A stretch of 64,000 nt of DNA from Octopus sinensis (taxonomy: Eukaryota): assembly GCF_006345805.1 (NCBI RefSeq), contig NC_043005.1:33294001-33358000 (forward strand). The letters are read 5' to 3'. Position numbers and translations under genes: made by a program. Numbering within the stretch: position 1 is the first letter of the stretch; every line of letters begins with the position of its first letter. The notes beneath the pieces are model-generated. The model had not been told where the DNA came from, did no database searches, and worked only from the letters and a program-made list of their open reading frames with translations. Below are positions 54,229 to 64,000 of this stretch, one piece after another.

Positions 54229-57036
54229 CCAACAATTTGATACCTCTGTAATTATTTCCATCTAAGGCATCACCTTAGATAGAAATAATCTCTTACATTA
54301 AATTAAAATGTTCATAATGAAATTAGAAGTCACATATTTAATAATTAATACTTATTGTTATAGCCTTGGTAAACACCTGCTACCTTGCCTACATACCGAG
54401 CATCTCCCTGATATTTATAAGCAGACATTATCACATTATTCTGATGAGGATATTATGGCTTTACTGCACAGAGCTATCAAAATCTATGCTTGTTGACATT
54501 TTTCCTTTGCTTTTATGTATCCCTGCAATATTGATTCAGTGTTGGATTTCCTTGCATAATATGCAATATTATATCAACCAGTCATCAATCGACTGAAACA
54601 GCTGTAAAGATAAGACTTGATTACATCATGTAATTTGTATATACAACTTTTCATATAAAAATTTCCTTATACCTGTTATTTTTAGCCTGTCTTTCTACTT
54701 AAATTGTGCGTGTGCATGCATGCGTGTGTGCGGTGATAGATTTCATGCAATTTGCAGTCCCTAATAATGTTTCATTCCTGTCTGAGTTTTATTGCCATCA
54801 GAATTAGTTTTGTCTTCCAATTCCTGGAGTTGATACAATAAGAACCAAATGTATATTGGAGGGGAGGGGCAGTAATCTATGCTTCTTGAAAAAAAAAAAT
54901 AGTTGTGTGTTGGTCTAATCAACAGCCACACACACACACATAACTACATATATATGACCACACACGCATACACATGTTAATACTGTTCTCAACCACCCTT
55001 ACATACACACACAGTGTAACAACATCTCGATACACAAAGATACACTACCATGCACATGCACACACATTCACACACACATTCTCCTCCCTATCTCTCTCTC
55101 TCTCACACACACACATTCTTCTCCCTCTCCCTCTCTCTCAAACACACACACACAAACACACTGTACCATGCTCACACACACATACAAATAAACTCTCACA
55201 TACATACACACACAGTGTAACAACATATTAAGATACAATTACAAACACACTACTGTGCTAAACACACACACACACACACACTCACACACACACACACACA
55301 TACACACACGCACACACAAACACTAACATGGAGTAGATATGGTAAGATCAGAAAGAATCCATTCCAAAACCACTTGATATCATCTTGAAGGAAATAAAAA
55401 TTAGTGCCACAGAATACTTTAAGAATTCAATACATTCCTTAAACCTCAAGGCACCAATGGGGCTGTTGTCTTTATCACATTACATAATTACACAGGCTTC
55501 TCTGCTCCCTCTTCATGCACACACATACACAGTAATGATGATATACAGCTCAATACAACATCATTATATAAGTCATCTCAGCTGGAAGTACGTTTCCTCA
55601 AACATCGGCCTAAAACACACACATGAACAGACACACAACCATACACGCACACACACACAACCACACATGCAATTCCATAATCAGACACATACACAATCAA
55701 ACACATGCACACACACACACTCATACACACAAACACACTCACACACAAACACACACTCTCTCTCTCCTCCTGTTTCTTGCCCCCGCCTACTTCAAGCCAA
55801 GGATCCTCCCTAATGTTGGTTGATCTGCCAGAAATAGCAATCAAATATTTCTCACAGAACACAACCTACAGTCTCAAAATAGGATACATTTGATAGAATA
55901 GTCCAGGATACACTATGCCAGAAAAGAGAAAAACTAAAATGGAATGTCATGGCTGGAATGCTTCTGAACACAGATCTACTTAATCAGGGCTGAGTTGTGG
56001 CTAAACAGTAATAGCAACAGCAACCATACTCCTCCACACAAGCCAATGAAAGTGCCCCGATGATGTTGGTGAACCAGCTAGAAACAGCAGCTAAATATTC
56101 TCTCAAATTATGCCCTACCATCAAATATAAAGGATCACTGTGATCCCTGATATAACAGATGAGATGGCCAAGGCTAGAATGTCTTTGTTCACAATATCAG
56201 GACTGACCAGAGCTAAATATCTACACCTGAACATGAGCCACAGACAGTATCCCTAATTAGTGTATATACCTAAGACATTGTTTTAGTGTGTGTATATATC
56301 TTCTTATTATATAGACCTATGTAATGTATACACCGCTTCAGTGGATACACCTTATTATAGACACTACCTCATTTTATAGCTCTCCCTAGTTATCTACCTT
56401 CCAATTAAATATACTTCCAGGTGTGGTACTGTGGTAAGAAGCTTGCTTCCCAACCACATGGTTTTGGGTTCAGTCATGCTATGTAGCACCTTGGACAAGT
56501 GTCTTCTACTATAGTTACAGGCTGACCAAAGACTTGTAAGTGGATTTGGGGGACGGAAACTGAAAGGACCCAGTCATATATACATACATGAAAGTGTGTG
56601 TGCATATGTATGTGAGTGCATATCGCTGTGTTCACATTTGTCCCTCATCACCACATGACAACCAGTGTTGGTGTGTTTATGTCCCTGCATCTTAGTGGTT
56701 CGGCAGAAGAGACCAATAGAATAAGTAGCAGGCTTTAAAATAAATAAATAAATACTGAGCTCAATACATTTGACTAAAAATTCTTTAAGGGGGTGCCCCA
56801 GCATGGTCACGGTCTAATGACTGAAACAAGTAGAAAAAAAAATTATATAGCCCTCTCCAAATATACTGTCACACTGTATAGAACTCCTTTTTCTTTCCAA
56901 CAAACTCCGTAACAGTTCAACAATGGAGGTGTTTATGTTTAAATCATGCAACTTGGTTCAACACACCCACAACTACCATGGGAGGAAGAGTGGCAAACCT
57001 TGATCATATAAGGACCTTTCAACCAGACTGACAAAC

Positions 57037-57268
57037 TACACATGGCACAAGGTGTCACATGGTACAGTGAAAGACATGGTACTGTAGGTCAAATGGTCCA
57101 GCGAGTTACATGGTTCAGTGAGTCACATGGTACAGTAAGTCATGTGATACAGTGAGTCATGTGGTATAATGGGTCACATGGTACAGCAGATCACATGGTA
57201 CAATAAGTTAGTTCACGTGGTACAGTGAGTCACATGGATACAGTGAGTTTCATAGTACAGTAGGTCAC
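57037..57268. repeat. 17-bp minisatellite (~13 diverged units, consensus GTCACATGGTACAGTGA)
   Basis: Units aligned by eye. Confidence 0.88.
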
Positions 57269-58049
57269 TACAATAATTGATGTAGTAAACCAAGAAATAT
57301 CATTAAATTAAAATCTCATTGTTAGTGACAGAAAGTGATGGTATTATAAGACCCAGTGGTGAGATTGTTGAGTTCCCAATCATTAGTTTGTGGGTTCAAT
57401 TCTCAGACCAGGCAGCACATTGTGTCCTTGAGGACAGCACTTCATTTGTCAATGTTCTTTATACTCATCTGAAAATAAGTACCAGTGTTAATTCGGCTAT
57501 GGTCTATCATTCTGTCCAGGAGAGAACCATGTATTCTCAGAATAAACACCTCAAAAATCCAGATAACCTCTGGCCTCAGGCACCTTAAGGTAAAGAATGA
57601 AAATAATCCTTTTCTACATTACTAATTTTGGGGTTAAACAATCAAGGGAAGACAATCCTGAAATCTTAATAATTTAAAAATTATTAAATGTAGGATGCAG
57701 TGTGGGAATGGGTGAATCTGATCTTTAGCAGTACAGTAGCAAGTATGGGGGGGGGGTTATTTTGGTATTATTGGATGTCATGTAGAAACTCTAGTGTAAA
57801 CATAATTGCTAGATCCTAGATCAACCAGATAGGATTTACTTTGAAGCGACATAATATAGATTAAAAAGAGTGACTTGTAAAAAAATACCCAGGGACCCCT
57901 GCAGCATGTAAACTTAATAATAAAGTAGATGTCAGCTGTGAAGTGTGTGGCAAAAAAATCTATCATAGATGCAGGGTTGGTGTAATACTTCAAGCTAACA
58001 GGAATGACAGGTTTTCAGATCTATTTTGGTGATAAATAAGTCCAAATAC

Positions 58050-58113
58050 CAAACATGTAACTGAATCTACTCGCAATGTAATACATGAGATAGTTGCTAT
58101 CACACAGAAAGTA
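58050..58113 (-). CDS. Candidate 64-nt exon
   Basis: Long pyrimidine tract ending CAAG, donor GTATTT. Phase-0 reading YFLCDSNYLMYYIASRFSYMF. Confidence 0.3.
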
Positions 58114-58218
58114 CTTGAAATACAAGGCAAATGAAAGGAAAACCAGTTTAACCAGTGAAGTTGAGATAATAAGAACTTCTCTACAGCCTCTCTCACACAC
58201 ACACACTCTCTCTTGCTT

Positions 58219-58278
<60 letters not shown>

Positions 58279-58799
58279 ACATGATAAAAGTATAGAAGTT
58301 ATTTAAAGTTTATATAATTTAGAAATAAATTTCATCAAACTCTCTATTTATTAAGTTAATGTTGCAGACAAGTTAATGAGAGAAGACTCTATATGCTTGA
58401 TCAATGTACTAGAAATAGTAGCTAAATAACAAGCAATGAAGGCAGTAAATTTTAAAACGTCACTAGAGTTTGAAATAGAATGTCACAGCATTAATGTTCT
58501 GGCATTCTACACTCTGAGTTCAAATCCCACTAAAGTCAACATTTTGCCTTTTGTGGGGGTTGATAAAAAAAAACTAGAATGAGAGGATTGGTGTAAGTGT
58601 TAGGGGTCAGGCAGGATGTCTTGTAGTATTTGTTTCAGATCTTGGCATTCAGACAGTAGTACCTGGAATGACACTGGTGTTGAGATATATCAATCCAAGT
58701 TGGCACCTTTTCCCTTGGATAAATATTGGTAGAGAAAGAAAGAGTAACATGCCTGGGCAAATGCCAGTCTCCCTAAAAAAATCTTCACCAAATTTTCAC

Positions 58800-58840
58800 C
58801 TCCATGTGTAGATGTGTGGTCAGCATTGACCAACAGAAAC
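58800..58840 (-). CDS. Candidate 41-nt exon
   Basis: Acceptor GTTGCTTGTTATTCTAG, donor AG|GTGAAA. Reads FCWSMLTTHLHME, in phase with 58050-58113. Confidence 0.33.
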
Positions 58841-58918
58841 CTAGAATAACAAGCAACATGAGATCAAGAACAGTTTCAAGTTTAAAATCCCCTATCTTAC
58901 ACAAAAAAGAAACACTGT

Positions 58919-59147
58919 TTAACCCTTTTGATACAAAACCCCTTGAAACTGCCCATGCTTCTATGATACAAAAGTTCCAACTTTAAAGTGATCTAAATTA
59001 AAGTCTTCCCTCTCAATTTCTGTTAATTTCTGTTCCAAGCACCAGGTTAATAATGACAGTTATTTTAGTAAATTCTTCATTATTTTAAAAATTAATTGAA
59101 ACAAAAACAGTGTATTTTAAATGAAATATCAAAACAAAAGGGGTTAA
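58919..59147. mobile_element. piggyBac-like MITE with TTAA flanks
   Basis: TTAA-CCCTTTTGATAC ... CAAAAGGGG-TTAA. Confidence 0.75.
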
Positions 59148-59379
59148 TAATAAATTACATCTTTAGAACTAAAGGACCTCACCACATCACCACTACCACA
59201 GAACAAGAAGACACCACCACAATAAGTAGAATTCTTTAAAAATTCCATGTTTCTGATAAAGACCATTCCATGAAGAACCAAAATGTGTAACACCTTGAAG
59301 TCACCAGGGTTTACATAAATTGGACATTTGCCAAATGGATTCATTTGGCATTGGCAGACAAAGCCAAGTTCAACAGGTT

Positions 59380-59660
59380 CAAATATGACAGCAGGATGTA
59401 TGTAATGTGTTGCACTGAATCTCAGTCATGTCCAGAGGAGTGTGAAGGGAGATGGAGGAGGTGTTAGGGTCTGGGAACATTTCTCAGCTTGAGGTCTTGA
59501 TCTTATTAATTGTAAAACCGGCAGGCACCATTGATCTAGAAGTGAACAATGTATCAAGAAATGATCTTTTATCCTATTTCAATGATCATTTGTTGCTCAA
59601 AGAAAGTCTGATGCATCAAAACAACCCAAATATGTCACATATCATGTCAAAAAGTTCAGT
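59380..59660 (+). pseudogene. Decayed Tc1 transposase fragment
   Basis: VKGDGGGVRVWG (cf. VKHGGGSVMVWG) and MHQNNPN (cf. FQQDNDPKH). Confidence 0.55.
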
Positions 59661-61237
59661 TTTCATCAAAATATTATGCTAATATCCAGGATCAATCAAT
59701 CTTCCCACTACAATCAAAAACCTCTTCAATCATCATCATCATGGCCATCGTTTTCACATCCACTTTTCCAGGGTAGCGTGAGTCAGATAAAATTTGTTGA
59801 GCCAGATTTTCTATGGTTTGATGCTCTTCCTGTCACCCTCACCTATTTCAAAGCATCTAAAAACATTAAACTTGCTACAGTAAACAGTGAAAAGCATTAA
59901 ATCATTCACGAGCAAATTAAATATTTAAAAGCTACAAACAAACCAACAGGGGTTGCTAGAAATAACAATCAAAACATTTATTAGTTAAAAAACTCAAGAA
60001 CGAAAGTTTGCAATACACTCTAGGATTTTATAAAATAAATTATCTTTTTCATATCTCCTTCTCCACATAAATTCACAAAGATAAGAGCCAAACATGGAAC
60101 TATGTGTCTCACACCATCGTTTGTTTGCACACTCTAAAGATGCAATTTGTTGAGTGTGAGTCCCATCTATTATGAAAACAAACAATTATAGAGCACATGG
60201 TGGTTACACTCCTTGTGCGTATGTGCAGCATCTTTGGTTACTATGGAAACAGAGTTCTTCACAATCAGCTATGGAACACACAGTGCTTCTTTGCTTTGGT
60301 TACAATGGAAACAATTCTTTGCCACAGTAATGTGTAAAATACTCACTACTGATTGGCTAAAATACCCAAATTTTGCAAATTTTAAAGGCTAATAACTTTT
60401 TAACTATGGATTTATAGGGAAAATCACTTTTATTTCATAATTAGTATACAAAAATTAATCCATATATCAAATTTGAAAACAATTGGAACGAAGATCCATT
60501 TATTAAATAATATATTAATTAATTAATTAATTTATGCATTAATTAATACTGGTTTATTCATCCATTCATTTAATAAGCCCTAAAATTACATAAATTTCAA
60601 GAATACTTCTAAATTCATGACAGCCATCATCATCATTTTTATCATCATTTTATGTCTATTTTCCATGATAGCATGGGTTGGACAGTTCAACAAGATCCAA
60701 TGGGATGGAGGACCACAATCCATTGTCCCAGTTTTGGCATGGTTTTCACAGCTGGATATCCTGCCTAATACTAACCACTTTACAGTGTACAGAGTGTCTT
60801 CTTGGATCTTGTTGGTTTGGCTGCTAGCATTCATTTTGTTCAAATGGATTTCATATTCAGTGTAATGATACACTTTTTTAGGCTAATTAATGACATGAAA
60901 GTAATTTTCACTATAAATCAATAAATAAAAAGTTATTAGTAATTAAAGTTTGAAAATTTTGGTAATTTTAGCCAATTGTAAGCCATGGACACATTCATGT
61001 TTCGATAGAAGTGGAACATAAAAACTCTTTTGTCTGTTGCTATAGTAACAATCTTTGAAAAGTCTTTTATCTGTGAGGAAGCACATGTTGACAACAGTCT
61101 TTGAAAAGTCTTTTATCTACAAGGAAGCACGTGCTGACAAATTTGACGCTGTCTTCTGTGTGATTATTATAGCAAGTTCCTGTAACTTTGCTTCTATTAT
61201 GGAAAAATGGAAAACAGAGAAGGATACTGTATCATAC

Positions 61238-61312
61238 CAGATCTTATCGGTTTGGCTGCCACCATTTCATTTAACATGTTGTCCATTGTTTGCAGTAAAT
61301 GCATATAGAATG
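61238..61312 (-). CDS. Candidate 75-nt exon
   Basis: Donor TG|GTATGA; open as FYMHLLQTMDNMLNEMVAAKPIRS. The acceptor is weak. Confidence 0.28.
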
Positions 61313-62539
61313 CTTAAATGTTTATTTTTTAAGCGCATTTAAATTGTAATTAAACATATTTAAATTGTAATGTGTTTATTGCATGTAACGTGTTGTTCAT
61401 CACATTTTCATTAAATGTATATTGAATGCTTAAATGTTTGTTTACTGGTTTCTCTTTGTCTTTGAGCATTGAGGTGGTTGTAAGTCATCATCATCATCAT
61501 CATTGTTTAAAGTCCGCTTTCCATGCTAGCATGGGATGGATGATTTGACTGAGGACTGGCGAACCAGATGGCTGCACCAGGCTCCAATCTTGATCTGGCA
61601 GAGTTTCTACAGCTGGATGCCCTTCCTGAAGCCAACCACTCCGAGAGTGTAGTGGGTGCTTTTACGTGCCACCAGCATGGGGGCCAGTCAGGCAGTACTG
61701 GCAACAACTTCGCTTGAATGTTTTTTCATGTGCCACCAGCACAAGTGCCAGTAAGGCGACGCTGGTAACAATCACGCTCGAATAGTGCCTTTTACGTGCC
61801 ACCGGCATGGAAGCCAGTTAACCGCTCTGGCAACAATCACGCCCAATTGGTGTTCTTAGCGCCCCACTAGCACAGGGCACAAAAGCCAGTAAGGCAATGC
61901 TGGTAACAATCACGCTCAAATGGTGTCTTTTTCGTGCCACCAGAACAGAAGCCAGTTAGCCGCTCTGTCAACGATCATGCTCGGATCAAGTATGTATGTA
62001 TATCTCCCTTTCTCAACCTGTATTAGCAAGTTTGCTTAGTCTAGCATTATTGGAAATTTCATGGATATAAATTTGTAAATCTAAGTTGTTATCCTAACAC
62101 TACTAACAATATAAATGTAAAAAAAAACATACATAAAACTTCCAGTAATGCAACACTGCGCCAAAACATTAATACATGCATTTAACTACCACAATATGGG
62201 TTAAGCGACATTTTCATCCATTTGTACACCAACCTGTACGTGTGTGTGTATGTGAAAGAGACAGAGAAAGAGTGAGTATATGAGTGTGTGTGTGTCTGTG
62301 TGTATACGTGCACATGTGTGTGTTTATTTTATGGTGCAAAACATAAAATGCTCAATAGTATCTTGTTTTAGAAGTGTGTGGAGTCTGATAAATGTTTATT
62401 CATATGTAATGTAAACATGATTCCAGAAATACAACCTTGTTTACTTTAGATATGAATAAACATATGCAATATATATATATATAATATATATATATATATT
62501 ATATATATATATATACAGACAGACAGAGAAATACACACA

Positions 62540-62599
<60 letters not shown>

Positions 62600-63222
62600 T
62601 ACACACAAACATACATACACACACACACTCACATACCTGCACACACATATATTTCTACATAGGCACAGCTACCTCTAAATTGGTGGTGTCACAAAAAGCA
62701 CATCCAGTACACTTTGTAATCTATGAGGTTGTAAGGCTTCTTTAGTTGTGTCAATGACATGAGACACCTCTAAAAAAAAAAAAGAATCTAGTATCTAATG
62801 TAAAGAAGTTGGTGTCAGGAAGGACATCAAGTCATAGCAACCAGGCGAAAATGAAACATAAGTGAGATAAGCACATTTGAGCTTTTTTGCTTAGCAGACC
62901 TGTCTCATGTCTCACTTAGGGAGTTTGGACAGCCAATGTAAAGTGTTGATGGCACAGCTTCTGTATATATATATATATATTTTCTTACATGTTTCAGTCA
63001 TTTGACTGCAGCCATGCTGGAGCACTGCCTTTAGTCGAGCAAATCGACCCCAAGACTTATTATTTGTAAGCCTAGTACTTATTCTATCAGCCTCTTTTGC
63101 TGAATCATGAGGCTATGGGGACGTAAACACACCAGCATCGGTTGTCAAGTAATGTTAGGGGGACAAACACAGACACAAAAACATATACACACATACATAT
63201 ATATATATATATACACACATAC

Positions 63223-63257
<35 letters not shown>

Positions 63258-63631
63258 TGACAAGCTTCTTTCAGTTTCCGTCAACCAAATGCACTCACAA
63301 GGCTTTGGTCAACAGAAGACACTTGCCCAAGGTGCCACGCAGTGGGACTGAACCTGGAACCATGTGGTTGGTAAGCTAGCTACTTACCACACAGCGACTC
63401 CTGCGCTTATATGTATATGGATTCATTTATAGTTGCATCTAATTATACACCTTAATTACTACACCTCCATTAATCCCAATCCTATCACAGAAACCAATTT
63501 CAATACATCCAATATATCTTAGTATTCATATTACATTATCAACACATCATGTGTATATATTATACTTTCCCACTCTCTCTCTCTCTCTCTATCTCAGATA
63601 TATATATATATATAAAGAGAGAGAGATATCT

Positions 63632-63672
<41 letters not shown>

Positions 63673-63723
63673 CATATATACATATATATATATACATATA
63701 TATGCATATATATATATACATAC

Positions 63724-63754
<31 letters not shown>

Positions 63755-63873
63755 CACATATATATATATATACATACATATATATATATACATATATTAT
63801 ATATATATGCATATATATATACATACATATATATATATATACGCGAGAAAGAAGCAACAAGAATGGATAGGTT

Positions 63874-63962
63874 TTTAGTACGATCGTTTCATACAAGGAC
63901 AGGTTTTATTAAAAGTTGCAAAGATTACAGCATATAAACGAGTCCCGTACTCATCAGCTAAA
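63874..63962 (-). ncRNA. Type I hammerhead ribozyme with intact core
   Basis: TTTAG-CTGATGA-GTACGGGAC...GTCCTTGTAT-GAAA-CGATCG-TA-CTAAA. Five-bp stem I, palindromic stem III, GUA site. Confidence 0.85.
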
Positions 63963-64000
63963 ATACATGTAAGTTCTCTAGACATCCTAGTGTTTGAGGC

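Noticed and set aside
52116-54407. Resemblance of a spliced peptide (..LVIWSLTVF..) to TMEM26 or a WD40 repeat
   Set aside because: Too short, dependent on the chosen frame, and I found none of the expected downstream motifs.

Overview
AT-rich, microsatellite-saturated eukaryotic DNA. It is most likely from an octopod cephalopod; this is inferred from the repeat landscape, not from a database match. Most long ORFs in the track are microsatellite artefacts. The recognisable coding content is decayed transposons: Penelope-like elements (PLEs) of the Poseidon/Neptune and Naiad types, Tx1/L1, RTE and Dong/R4 LINEs, mariner/Tc1 fragments, MITEs, Helitron-like elements and tRNA-derived SINEs. There is a 100-N gap at 9781-9880. 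Main observations: (1) about 12 type-I minimal hammerhead-ribozyme motifs in PLE terminal repeats, each with a self-complementary stem III (six different sequences), two of them in inverted-repeat pairs including a ~480-bp fold-back; (2) two Naiad-like PLE copies with a ~135-codon Thr/Pro/Ala-rich insert splitting the GIY-YIG motif; (3) a Tx1 LINE with (GATA)n at both junctions, alongside Dong/R4 fragments abutting (TAA)n; (4) a low-confidence, unidentified minus-strand host gene of very short exons at ~33-61 kb. All folds and splice models were read by eye, and element boundaries are approximate.
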